32,000 bases of DNA from Candidatus Kuenenia stuttgartensis (GTDB lineage: Bacteria; Planctomycetota; Brocadiia; Brocadiales; Brocadiaceae). The notes beneath the pieces were generated by a model. It did not search any database. It worked only from the letters and a program-made list of their open reading frames with translations, and had not been told where the DNA came from. The stretch spans positions 3,840,001 to 3,872,000 of the forward strand of contig NZ_LT934425.1 of assembly GCF_900232105.1 (NCBI RefSeq), given 5' to 3'. The stretch's first letter is position 1. Each line of letters begins with the position of its first letter. The translations under genes were made by a program, and so were the position numbers. Positions 16,296-25,858 of this stretch are shown here, piece after piece.

Positions 16296-16701
16296 CATTG
16301 CAAGATGGCGCCGTACAAGCGGAGTTTGTCCGCGCCACCCAACCATATCAATATTAAAAAGCTATATTAAACGTTTAGAGATTTCAAACTGTTCATGTAA
16401 CGACAAGGCACGCTTTGCCGCTACATTGTTGAAAATCGCCGAAGTCCTTATTAAGAATAGATACTTTAAAAACGCTCGTTCCCAGGCTTCGCAGACTGGG
16501 ACAAATGAACCTTGTTGTCTCAAAAGTGGGGGCAACTTATCACATTTTGCCTATTTTATGCTTAATTTATTACTGTTTTTCTATTAAAGAGGGAAATTCA
16601 TATCGTGAAATAGGATAGAATTGCCCATTTGACCCAGTCTGTCCGGCTTGGGAACGTAATTGCATTGGAAGCTCCGCTTCCATGGGGAAAGAAGACTACA
16701 A

Positions 16702-17779
16702 ATGAAGTGTTTGCTAATTATGTCAATGATTATTGCTGCGCCTATCTTTTATAGTCATGCCGAACCACTAGAAGCAATAGAATCGATTTCAACGTCAGAA
16801 GAAAAAGAAGAAGCAGACGGGATAGATATTTTCGATTGGCCGAAAAAGCAGGATAATCAAGCCGCACAGGAAAAGCGTGTTATCCGCCTTTCCGAAGAGG
16901 AAGAAACACAAAAACCTGTAGAAGAAACATATCCCACTGAAGAAAAACGATTTCAAATAGGGGTAAGTAGTACGGCTATTGTTCAACAGATTTTAAGTGG
17001 CGGTGAGAAACGGGCGTTTTTTCCGGAAGGCTCGCTGGATTTATTTTGTCTCTACAAACCCTCAGATCTCACAACATTATTTCTGGATTTAGAGGCGATT
17101 GGAGGAAACGGGCCTGATGAACATGCCGACAGTCTTTCCGGTCTCAATGATGATGCTGGTGCATTCCGGTACAATAACGGTACTGATCGCTTATCCATTC
17201 GGGAGATGTGGTTTGAGACAAAATTGTTCGGACAACAGGTAGCTCTTGTGGCAGGAAAGATAGACTTGACAAACTACTTTGACAGCAATGCCGTAGCCAA
17301 TGATGAGACAACCATGTTTATAACCAGCGCCTTTGTAAATAATCTTGCATTAGAAGCGCCGCATAACGGACCTGGCGCAGTATCTATCTACGAAATGGAA
17401 AACGGCTTGAATTTCCGGTTAGGACTGCAAAGTGCAGATAGTGACAATATGGGACTGGGGATAGGAAAGGGCTTCTACGGAATAGGAGAGGTTGGTTTAC
17501 ACGCCGATAGCCTTTTTGGAAGAGAAGGCAATTATCGCCTTTGGTTTAAAATCAATGGAGACCGGTTCCCATGCGCGAAAAAGACAGCGCAGCTTTTGCC
17601 TTTGGTTATTCAAAAGCAGATGATGGGATTAAAGAATCTGCAACCGAGATATACTACCGTTTTGTCCTTAACAGGCACATTGCCATTACGCCACTATTTC
17701 AGGCCGTTTTAACCCCGACGGATTAATGGATACTGCTGTTGTGACCTTATTTGGCATACGAACACAAATCGAGTTTTAG
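16702..17779 (+). pseudogene. OprB-family (carbohydrate-selective) porin-like outer membrane protein, with two frameshifts in the 3' part
   Basis: There is a signal peptide MKCLLIMSMIIAAPIFYSHA and a family block NYFDSNAVANDETTMFITSAFVNN. The frame breaks near 17565 and continues in another frame as MREKDSAAFAFGYSKADDGIKESATEIYYRFVLNRHIAITPLFQAVL. It breaks again near 17710 and continues NPDGLMDTAVVTLFGIRTQIEF* (terminal Phe, stop 17777-17779). I prefer ATG 16702 over the ORF-track TTG 16660. Confidence 0.7.
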
Positions 17780-18033
17780 TGTCTTTTCAGTAACTTCTTT
17801 GCACACTTCCATTCGTCAGTGCGTGCTTTTTGGCAAAATATTTAACTGTTCCTTCTGCTGTAGGCTTGTAGTTGGCAATTGGCAGTCGGCAATTAACAAT
17901 TGTGAAATTGCCTACTGAGGACTGAGGATTGCCGATTGAGGGCTGAGGGCTGGCAAATGAGCATTTTTACCTTATAACAAAGAAAGGGGGGAAATTCATG
18001 TATTAATACTTAAAAATAATAATCTGTATTTAT

Positions 18034-18210
18034 GTGCAAGACGCCAGGGAATCCCATCTCGTTATTTCTGAGCAACGGGAGCTGCCCCGCAACTGTAATC
18101 GGAGACGAAATCTGCATAATGCCACTGAAAAGCCGTTTAAAGTAATGAACGGCTTTTCGGGAAGGCGCGGAAAGTAGGATGACCCGAAAGCCAGGAGACC
18201 TGTCTTGCAC
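18034..18210 (+). promoter_or_regulatory. Cobalamin riboswitch, copy 3, leader of the TonB-dependent receptor operon
   Basis: P1 is GTGCAAGAC...GTCTTGCAC. Conserved blocks are CAGGGAATCCC, GCTGCCCCGCAACTGTAATCGGAGACGAA, GCCACTGAAAAG, GGGAAGGCG, and the B12-box AGCCAGGAGACCTGTC. The RBS AAGGAG is 31 nt downstream. Confidence 0.9.
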
Positions 18211-18253
18211 AACTTCTCATACTATTTTTTTCGAGGGAAAAAGGAGAACACGA

Positions 18254-20446
18254 GTGAAGCACTTGCTAATCATAGTAACAGGTATTTTAGCGCTTGCCTT
18301 TTATCAATACCCCGGCGTATCGGCAGCAGGGGAATCAATTCCTGTTTTAAAAGAAGAACAGGAAACAAATGACAGAATACTTACCAAATGGGCGGAAAGG
18401 CCGGATAATCAGGCTGCACAAGAAAAGCTTATTATCCGTATCCCGGGAAAGGAAGAGATACCTGAAGTAATAGAAGAAGCATATCCTGCCGATGAATTCA
18501 AATCAATTGAAACGATTCAAAAACAACCGGACAATGTGAAAAATATCCCGGAGGAGCCTGAGGTATACCCTTTGCCGTTTGAAGAAAAAATACCGCTATC
18601 CCATACCACAATACCTTCGCCGGAAACTCCGAAAGACCCACCGCCAAAGGATGGAAAAGACAGGCAATGTGAAGATGCTAACGATACGGAAGATACCGTA
18701 ATAACACCGACACGGACGAAACAGTTGTCTAAGAATGTTGGCAGTTCTTTATCAATCATTACACAAAAAGACATTGAGAATAGCAAAGCGCCGCTGTTGC
18801 TTGATGTTTTACGTCAGGCGCCGGGGATTGAAGTTACAAGAACTCAGGGGATAGGCGGGACTACAAGCTTGTTCATAAGGGGGGCGTCAGCCGCACATAC
18901 CCTAGTATTTGTTGATGGTGTCCAAATGAATAGTCCCACATCCGGGGCATTTAATTTTGCGAATCTTTCCACAGACAACATTGAGAGAGTAGAAATTCTG
19001 CGCGGACCTCAAAGCACCCTGTATGGCTCTGAAGCGATTGGCGGTGTTGTTAATATTATTACAAAAAAAGGGGCAGGCGATAACAAAGTTAACCTGGGAA
19101 CCGAGTACGGGATGCGCGATACCTATAGGGAAACTGTTAACGTTTCAGGAGGAAAGGAGAATTTTGATTATTCAGTGGGAGGTTCCTACCTGAAAACCCT
19201 CGGAATATCCGCTGCCAGCAGTGGAAGTGAAAAGGACGGTTACAAGAATCTTACCGGTTCTGCACGGCTGGGATGGAATTTCCTGGATAACGGGAGGGTT
19301 GATACAACTATAAGGGGGTCTCACTCGGATTTTGAATATGATGCGTTTGTATATGGTGTTGGTGCGGTTGACGACCCTGACAGACGCCAAACTACAGACG
19401 AGGTTCTTTTCTCTGCGAAGGCCAGCAAGACTTTTTTTGATATATGGACTCCCTCATTTCTCATCTCAGTTAACGATACAGAACTAAAAGGCTTTGATCC
19501 CACGGATGAGTCGGGCAGATTTCGCATTCCTACAAGGGTCTGGCGGGCAGAACATCAATCAGACTTTTTACTCTTTGACGTAAATACGATAACACTCGGT
19601 TACGAATATGAAGTGTTGGAAGGTAAAAACGAGGGTAAGTATGACGGGCAAACCTACCGGAACAATGCGGTTTTTCTGCAAAACCAAATAGAATTGTTTG
19701 AGTCGTTGCACTGGACAATTGGATTACGCCACGACGACTTTAGCACATTCGGATCTCATCTTACGTATAGAACAACGGCGTCTTATAACATGGAGGAAAT
19801 TGGCGCCAGACTACATGGTTCATGGGGAAAGGGATTTCGGGCGCCAAGTTTGAATGAACTGATTTACCCATACTACGGGAATCCGCACCTGCGTCCGGAA
19901 GAAAGCAAGGGATGGGATTTCGGTGTTGAAAAAGAGATTCTCAAAGACACACTAACCATCGACGTCACCTACTTTGAAAATAACTTTAAAAACCTTATCA
20001 CTGCCACTGTGCAGCCCGATGGCAGCTACCTGGCAGAAAACGCAGCCAGGGCAGAGTCTCAGGGCATCGAAACCATTCTAACCTATAAACCATTTACTAT
20101 ACTTTCATTCACCGGAACGTACACGTATACAGATACCAGGGACAGAGAAAAAGATCAGCAACTACCCCGCAGACCGGAAAACCGGGCAACGCTTGGGATT
20201 AACACCAATCCCATTGAGAAATTAAATATCAACGTAACAGGGATAATGGTAAGGGACAGAATAGACAGCAATGGAACGAAAATGGACAACTACTGGACGG
20301 TCAATCAGGCGACTCGCTATGACGTCACAAAGTTTATGGCTGCTTATGTCAGGTTCGAAAACCTTTTTGATTATGACTACGAAGAGGTAACTGGCTTTGG
20401 TTCCCTCGGTTTTACAGCGTACGGGGGAGTGGAATTCAAGTTTTAA
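18254..20446 (+). CDS. btuB: TonB-dependent outer membrane receptor, BtuB-like, with a ~150-aa N-terminal extension
   Basis: GTG 18254 lies 8 nt after AAGGAG, and the ORF-track ATG 18179 lies inside the riboswitch. The TonB-box/plug region DTVITPTRTKQLSKNVGSSLSIITQKDIE...LFIRGASAAHTLVFVDGVQMNSP resembles BtuB. The C-terminus is ..YGGVEFKF. It is preceded by a cobalamin riboswitch. Confidence 0.85.
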   Translation: MKHLLIIVTGILALAFYQYPGVSAAGESIPVLKEEQETNDRILTKWAERPDNQAAQEKLIIRIPGKEEIPEVIEEAYPADEFKSIETIQKQPDNVKNIPEEPEVYPLPFEEKIPLSHTTIPSPETPKDPPPKDGKDRQCEDANDTEDTVITPTRTKQLSKNVGSSLSIITQKDIENSKAPLLLDVLRQAPGIEVTRTQGIGGTTSLFIRGASAAHTLVFVDGVQMNSPTSGAFNFANLSTDNIERVEILRGPQSTLYGSEAIGGVVNIITKKGAGDNKVNLGTEYGMRDTYRETVNVSGGKENFDYSVGGSYLKTLGISAASSGSEKDGYKNLTGSARLGWNFLDNGRVDTTIRGSHSDFEYDAFVYGVGAVDDPDRRQTTDEVLFSAKASKTFFDIWTPSFLISVNDTELKGFDPTDESGRFRIPTRVWRAEHQSDFLLFDVNTITLGYEYEVLEGKNEGKYDGQTYRNNAVFLQNQIELFESLHWTIGLRHDDFSTFGSHLTYRTTASYNMEEIGARLHGSWGKGFRAPSLNELIYPYYGNPHLRPEESKGWDFGVEKEILKDTLTIDVTYFENNFKNLITATVQPDGSYLAENAARAESQGIETILTYKPFTILSFTGTYTYTDTRDREKDQQLPRRPENRATLGINTNPIEKLNINVTGIMVRDRIDSNGTKMDNYWTVNQATRYDVTKFMAAYVRFENLFDYDYEEVTGFGSLGFTAYGGVEFKF

Positions 20447-20509
20447 AATACGGGAATGTAAAAAGAACCGTTTGTTTAATGGATATTAAGATAAGGAGGA
20501 GCAGCAACT

Positions 20510-20896
20510 ATGAAACACTTAAGTAGAATGTTAGGAATGTTTGTTGTTTTTGTGCTTTTACCCGCAACGCTTGGCGCTAACCAGAGCATAACGGTAGAAA
20601 TTGATTATGGAGGGTTACAGCAAAGCCGTAAAGTAGAAACAAAATGGAAACAGGGCATTACTGTATTAGAAGCGCTTCAATCTGTTGCAAAGATTGAAAC
20701 AAAACAATCTGGCGAATTCATTTTTGTTAATTCTATTGACGGTGTTGAAGGGCAAAGGGGGGATATGGCGTGGTATTACGACATTAATGGTAAACGCGCA
20801 ACATCTCTTGCCTATAAACGTATTCTCAATGAAGGAGATCGTATGAGATGGGAATATACTAAAGATGTTTGTTCTCCGCGAAGGAGTGAACAATGA
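20510..20896 (+). CDS. Exported DUF4430-like (transcobalamin-beta-domain-like) small protein
   Basis: 128 aa with a signal peptide MKHLSRMLGMFVVFVLLPATLGA and a strong RBS AAGGAGG. The core ..GITVLEALQSVAKIE...FVNSIDGVEG.....WYYDINGK....A....ILNEGDRMRWEY matches the DUF4430 pattern as I recall it. Confidence 0.65.
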   Translation: MKHLSRMLGMFVVFVLLPATLGANQSITVEIDYGGLQQSRKVETKWKQGITVLEALQSVAKIETKQSGEFIFVNSIDGVEGQRGDMAWYYDINGKRATSLAYKRILNEGDRMRWEYTKDVCSPRRSEQ

Positions 20897-23800
20897 AAAA
20901 ATGTGTGATGATAATCGTATTTACCGTGTTTGTTCTCTATCTTCCTTTTTCTCTCGCGGAAGAAACCAAACCGGTAAAATACACTTTTCTTGTAGGAAAC
21001 TACCTTACGCCTACGGTCGTTAAAGTGATAAAAGGCATCTGGACAAAATATCCATCTTTGAAAAGCCGGGTAAATTTTGAACTCATTAGTAAGACTGATT
21101 TGGATGCTGACTTTGATCCTCATGAGATAGAGGATTCCGACGTCATTGTTATTGACATCATGGGTATACGGATTTCAACTTCAACACAATCGGGTTTTGA
21201 TGGTGAGGTAATACGGAATGCTATTTCCAATGGAGCGCGTATATTGCCAATTAACAAATCGGCAGGATTAGATAAGGAGTACATTGAACTGGGGTTTACT
21301 TATGATGAAGAGTTTCGTTCGTATTTTGATTGCGGAGGGATTGAGAATTTTCAGAATATGGTACTATTCTCCCTGGCAAAATATGTCAATATTTCTGAAA
21401 TTAAACCGGCGTCACCCATGAAACGGCTGAAAAAAGGTTACTACCACCGCCACATTTCGCAGGAGATGTATTTTGAAGCGTTTGAGGAATACGAAAGTTG
21501 GTATATGAAGTCTGGCTATTTTAAGGAAAATGCGCCATGGATCGCAGTTCTGACGTACTCCTCCTTTTGCGAACAAAACCAAAATGGAGTAGAAGATGAC
21601 ATAATTCGCAAACTTGAAGAAAAAGGATTTAATGCATTTGTAGCGTTCGGTTACCCTGAGGGGGCTGTCGCTGAAAAACTATTAGTCGATGACAGAGGGA
21701 ATTCAAGGGTTTCCGGTATACTTTCTTTTTTATTTCGTTTTTCAGATTTTAAGGCGACGGATTCGCTAGAGAAATGCGGAGTACCGGTAATCAACCTGAT
21801 TACCGTTTATGGAAAAGACGGAAAAACGTGGGAGAACGATCCGGAAGGTTTAAGTTCCCTGGAAGTAAGCTGGCAGTTAGCCATCCCAGAAATTGCCGGT
21901 CTTATCCAACCTACGGTCGTTTCATATCGTATTCGTGAAAAAGACGATGAAACGGGATTTTTTATCGAGCAACGAAAATCCATACCTGAGCGTATTAATC
22001 GGGCTGTCGACCGTATAAAAGCATGGATCAATTTACAAAGAAAAAATAACTCCGATAAAAAGGTGGCGATATTCTACTGGAACTATCCGCCGGGAAAACA
22101 GCATATCGGCGCCAGTTATCTTAACGTCTTTGCCAGTATTGAAAATGTCTTAAAGATGATGAAGGAAAATGGATATGATGTAGGCAATGAAACAATTGAT
22201 AAAGAAATACTCCTTGAAAATTCTCTGAGATTCGGGAGAAACGTGGGAAATTGGGCGACAGGCGAACTTGATGAGATGGTAAAAAACGGGAAATGTGTAT
22301 TGCTGCCACTGGAGGAGTATCAAAGATGGGCGAGGAATTTACCTGCGGATTTTATAAAAGACGTCAATAAGGATTGGGGAACAGTTGAAGAATCCAATGT
22401 GATGATGTGGACTGACCCGAAGCAAGAGAAAAAATATATGGTTATTCCTGCAATACAACGTGGAAACGTTGTTATCCTCCCGCAGCCGGTAAGAGGCTGG
22501 CTGCAAGATAAAGAAACCATGTATCATAGCAAAGATCTGTCGCCTCACCATCAGTATTTAGGGGCATATTTATGGCTGAAGTATGGCTTTGGCGCAGATG
22601 CGGTAATTCATTTCGGCACACACGGCACACATGAATGGCTGCCTGGGAAAAGCAACGGACTTTCAGGTGATGACCCGCCGGAGGTGTTGATTCAGGATTT
22701 GCCGGTCATTTATCCTTACATTGTAGACGATGTTGGTGAAGGGCTTGTGGCTAAACGACGGGGATCAGCCGTCGTCATAGACCATATGATTCCACCTTTA
22801 AAAAAAGGCGGACTCTATCATGAATATGCAGAGCTTGAAGAACTGATCGGCGACCACGACCTGGCTCTTGAACAGGATGCCGCACTTGCAAGGCAATACA
22901 TGGAAAATATCATAAAAAAGATTAAAGAGCTGGGAATCGAGAAAGACATAGAAATTGGTGAGTGCCTGAATATTGATACCCATAGCGATGTCCAGCATAA
23001 GTTTGATCATGAAGTCATTCATAAAATAGGGGAGTATCTTCAGGAACTGAAGCAGCTTAATATGCCTTACGGATTGCATACATTCGGCAATGCGCCTGAT
23101 GAATCGCTTCGTTCGTCTACCATTCAGGCGATAAAAGAAGTTGTCAAAGACATTCCTGCCGCTGAACTGGACAAAAATATTCAGGAAGGGGCAAGGCGGG
23201 AATTGTCCAGTATGATCAAGTCCATGAATGGGCAATATATACCAACAGGAACGGGAAATGACCCCGTAAGGAATCCGGGTTCTCTACCAACAGGGAAAAA
23301 CTTTTATGCCTTTAATCCGGATAAAATTCCAAAAAAAGAGGCGTGGCAGGTGGGCGTTAAACTGACTCAGGAGCTACTCGATAATTATAGGGCAAAAAAT
23401 GACGGGAAATACCCCGAAAAACTTTCATTTGTTATCTGGGGTACGGAAACGATACGCCATGAAGGAGTACTGGAATCTCAGATACTCTATTTGTTAGGAG
23501 TTGAGCCTATCTGGAATGAATGGGGGAAGGTGACAGGCATTAAAATCATTCCTAAAGAAAGGCTGGGCCGTCCGAGAATTGATATAGTCGTTTCTTCTGC
23601 CGCAGAAGAGATGTTTGGACAGTTGACCCAATACATCGACCAGGCCGTTCAAATGGTAAAGATGCTTGATGAGGAAGATAATTGGGTTCGGCAACATATC
23701 GGGGAATTAACTAAAAAATTAATTAAACAAGGCTTGCCTCAAAAGAAGGCCGAACAATACGCGGCTATTAGAATCTTTGATGAAGCCCCTGGTCGTTATG

Positions 23801-24936
23801 ATTTGAATGTTTCAAGAATCGTGAGCGCAAGTGGAAGTTGGGAAGATGATTCTGTAGTAGCGGATGAATATCTGAAACGGATGAGTTGTGGGTATGGGAA
23901 CGGTTTATGGGGAGAACCGATGGAAGATGTCTACAAAATGGTGTTAAGCGGAACAAGGATGGTTGTTCACAGCCGTTCTACCAATCTGTACGGAACTGTT
24001 GATAATGATGACTTTTTCATGTACGCAGGAGGACTTACCGCTGCAATCAGGGAACTGGATGGAAAGTCACCTGAATTGGTCGTTACCAATATGATGAATC
24101 CGGCCAAACCGGAAATGACCCCGATCGACAGGATGATGGGTATGGAGTTACGCTCACGCTATTGGAATCCGGAATGGATTGAAGGAATGAAGAAGGACGG
24201 TTTTGAAGGGGCAAACAAGATGGCTGAATTTATTGAAAACATGTGGGGCTGGCAGGTCACCGTCCCAGAGACAATAGACGCTGCCCGTTGGGAAGAGACG
24301 TTCGAGGTCTATGTCGAAGACAAATACGGAATGGATTTAAAGGAATTTTTCAACAAGAAAAACCCATACGCTTATCAGGCTTTAACAGCCAGAATGCTGG
24401 AGACGATACGAAAGGGATACTGGCAGCCGACGGAAAAAGTCAAACAAACCCTGGCGAAGGAATATGTAAAAACAGTAATAGAACACGGTGTAGCCTGCTG
24501 TGAGCACACATGCAATAATTCAGCCTTCCAGCAATATGCAACGGATATTTTGAATACCCCTGGTCTCGCAAATCCTGATGCCATGATTCAGTATGCAGAA
24601 GTCTTAAAAACAGCTACCGGTAAGTCACTAAACGAAAGAAAGGCAGAGATGGGCAGGATTGCGTCTATGCCAAAACCTGTCCCCGGAAGTATTGAACAGA
24701 AAAAGAATACTGGACAAACACAGGAGAAAGAAAATATTGAAAAAACCGATGAATGGAAATTGGAAAACGATGTTTTTGAAAATACCGAAATAGTTAAAGG
24801 GATGGAGATAGCAGAGGTAAAAACGAACGAAGACAAAATAATCCTTAATCAATCAAACAGGCTTTGGGTTGGTATTGCAGTTGTATTGGGAGGCATCGGT
24901 TTTTTCGTTTATGGATGGACAAGGAAAAGATTTTAA
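20893..24936 (+). CDS. CobN/Mg-chelatase-family large subunit homologue with N-terminal signal-like sequence and C-terminal membrane anchor
   Basis: 1347 aa with CobN-family blocks (HFGTHGTHEWLPGK, VIYPYIVDDVGEG, GNDPVRNPGSLPTGKNFYAFNP, FVIWGTETIRHEG). The N-terminus is MKKCVMIIVFTVFVLYLPFSLAEE and the C-terminus is LWVGIAVVLGGIGFFVYGWTRKRF. It has an ATGA start/stop overlap with the preceding gene. Confidence 0.85.
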   Translation: MKKCVMIIVFTVFVLYLPFSLAEETKPVKYTFLVGNYLTPTVVKVIKGIWTKYPSLKSRVNFELISKTDLDADFDPHEIEDSDVIVIDIMGIRISTSTQSGFDGEVIRNAISNGARILPINKSAGLDKEYIELGFTYDEEFRSYFDCGGIENFQNMVLFSLAKYVNISEIKPASPMKRLKKGYYHRHISQEMYFEAFEEYESWYMKSGYFKENAPWIAVLTYSSFCEQNQNGVEDDIIRKLEEKGFNAFVAFGYPEGAVAEKLLVDDRGNSRVSGILSFLFRFSDFKATDSLEKCGVPVINLITVYGKDGKTWENDPEGLSSLEVSWQLAIPEIAGLIQPTVVSYRIREKDDETGFFIEQRKSIPERINRAVDRIKAWINLQRKNNSDKKVAIFYWNYPPGKQHIGASYLNVFASIENVLKMMKENGYDVGNETIDKEILLENSLRFGRNVGNWATGELDEMVKNGKCVLLPLEEYQRWARNLPADFIKDVNKDWGTVEESNVMMWTDPKQEKKYMVIPAIQRGNVVILPQPVRGWLQDKETMYHSKDLSPHHQYLGAYLWLKYGFGADAVIHFGTHGTHEWLPGKSNGLSGDDPPEVLIQDLPVIYPYIVDDVGEGLVAKRRGSAVVIDHMIPPLKKGGLYHEYAELEELIGDHDLALEQDAALARQYMENIIKKIKELGIEKDIEIGECLNIDTHSDVQHKFDHEVIHKIGEYLQELKQLNMPYGLHTFGNAPDESLRSSTIQAIKEVVKDIPAAELDKNIQEGARRELSSMIKSMNGQYIPTGTGNDPVRNPGSLPTGKNFYAFNPDKIPKKEAWQVGVKLTQELLDNYRAKNDGKYPEKLSFVIWGTETIRHEGVLESQILYLLGVEPIWNEWGKVTGIKIIPKERLGRPRIDIVVSSAAEEMFGQLTQYIDQAVQMVKMLDEEDNWVRQHIGELTKKLIKQGLPQKKAEQYAAIRIFDEAPGRYDLNVSRIVSASGSWEDDSVVADEYLKRMSCGYGNGLWGEPMEDVYKMVLSGTRMVVHSRSTNLYGTVDNDDFFMYAGGLTAAIRELDGKSPELVVTNMMNPAKPEMTPIDRMMGMELRSRYWNPEWIEGMKKDGFEGANKMAEFIENMWGWQVTVPETIDAARWEETFEVYVEDKYGMDLKEFFNKKNPYAYQALTARMLETIRKGYWQPTEKVKQTLAKEYVKTVIEHGVACCEHTCNNSAFQQYATDILNTPGLANPDAMIQYAEVLKTATGKSLNERKAEMGRIASMPKPVPGSIEQKKNTGQTQEKENIEKTDEWKLENDVFENTEIVKGMEIAEVKTNEDKIILNQSNRLWVGIAVVLGGIGFFVYGWTRKRF

Positions 24937-24979
24937 CAAAAGGATTAAAAATATGAACCCTATCGACCTATCTATCTGC

Positions 24980-25004
24980 GGGTTCAAGTTTGTAACTTGA
25001 ACCC
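24980..25004. repeat. REP-like hairpin GGGTTCAAGTT-tgt-AACTTGAACCC (copy 1, inverted relative to copies 2 and 3)
   Basis: It has a perfect 11-bp stem. Flanking bases (GC.. / ..AACG) show it is the reverse orientation of the other copies. Confidence 0.8.
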
Positions 25005-25067
25005 AACGTTTTATATTGTAGATTTAACCATCGATTGTATATGGCGCTACTATCAATATTAAATTAT

Positions 25068-25092
25068 GGGTTCAGGTTGGAAACCTGAACCC
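25068..25092. repeat. REP-like hairpin GGGTTCAGGTT-gga-AACCTGAACCC (copy 2)
   Basis: It has a perfect 11-bp stem. It forms an inverted pair with copy 1, 63 bp away. Confidence 0.8.
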
Positions 25093-25134
25093 GCCAGGAT
25101 CTGAATCGACCTGGGATGTATTTCAGGAGAAAAT

Positions 25135-25797
25135 ATGAAACTAATTAATCTATTGCAAAGTATTCTTTCTGTGATTTCATCAGCGATGCTCTATCCCGTC
25201 ATGATTCTATTGATCGTTCTTTTTGTATGGATGATCATAACCACAGGAGAATTTTTTTCGGAATACCGGAAGAGAAAGAAACATACCCTTAAACGGGAAA
25301 TGAAAGAATTAATTGAATCACTCATCGAATCATTATCTCAAAAAAAACCGGAGATATCCCCTTTTTTAAAAAGAGAAATGCCTGCTTACTTCAGGGAATT
25401 TCTAGGGGAATTTATCGATGAGTTAAAGGGGGATAAGGATGCCAGGGGAATTCGTATTGAATATCTGCTGCAAAGCAAGGAACAAAAAATGGCCAGGAGT
25501 TTAGATAAACTACGGCTCATGGTCCGTATAGGCCCCACCCTTGGATTAATGGGAACCATAATTCCTATGGGTCCTGCCCTGTCCGCTTTGTCAAAGGGCG
25601 ACCTTGAAATGTTATCAAGCAATATCATTATTGCCTTTACCACAACCGTAGTGGGATTAGCGATTGGGATTACTGCCTATTTTCTTTCGATGATGAAAAA
25701 CAGGTGGATTCATGAGGATATAAAAAACATTGAGTATTTTACTGAAGGTATTATGAAAAATAAGGAGGAGCCAACCACTGGTGGTTTTGGAGGATAA
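25135..25797 (+). CDS. MotA/TolQ/ExbB-family proton-channel protein
   Basis: 220 aa with three hydrophobic segments and the family signature RIGPTLGLMGTIIPMGPAL. The RBS is CAGGAG. Confidence 0.8.
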   Translation: MKLINLLQSILSVISSAMLYPVMILLIVLFVWMIITTGEFFSEYRKRKKHTLKREMKELIESLIESLSQKKPEISPFLKREMPAYFREFLGEFIDELKGDKDARGIRIEYLLQSKEQKMARSLDKLRLMVRIGPTLGLMGTIIPMGPALSALSKGDLEMLSSNIIIAFTTTVVGLAIGITAYFLSMMKNRWIHEDIKNIEYFTEGIMKNKEEPTTGGFGG

Positions 25798-25858
25798 ACA
25801 GAAGGAATAGCGAAGGTTTCCCCCTTTTTTTGTCCCGCCTCGGTGAGCTGTTATAGAA

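Noticed and set aside
16222-16587. 121-aa ORF starting at the GTG after riboswitch 2
   Set aside because: Only the first three codons (MKC) resemble the porin start. The rest translates terminator 2 and dispersed repeats, so I interpret it as a decapitated leader stub rather than a gene.
16660-16701. TTG 16660 as the porin start (ORF-track start)
   Set aside because: The extra 14 residues (MHWKLRFHGERRLQ) precede a standard signal peptide that starts at ATG 16702. The homologous receptor gene starts at the equivalent position.
18179-18253. ATG 18179 as the start of the TonB-dependent receptor (ORF-track start)
   Set aside because: This ATG lies inside the riboswitch aptamer (B12-box region). 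GTG 18254 has AAGGAG 8 nt upstream and begins a normal signal peptide (VKHLLIIVTGILALA).
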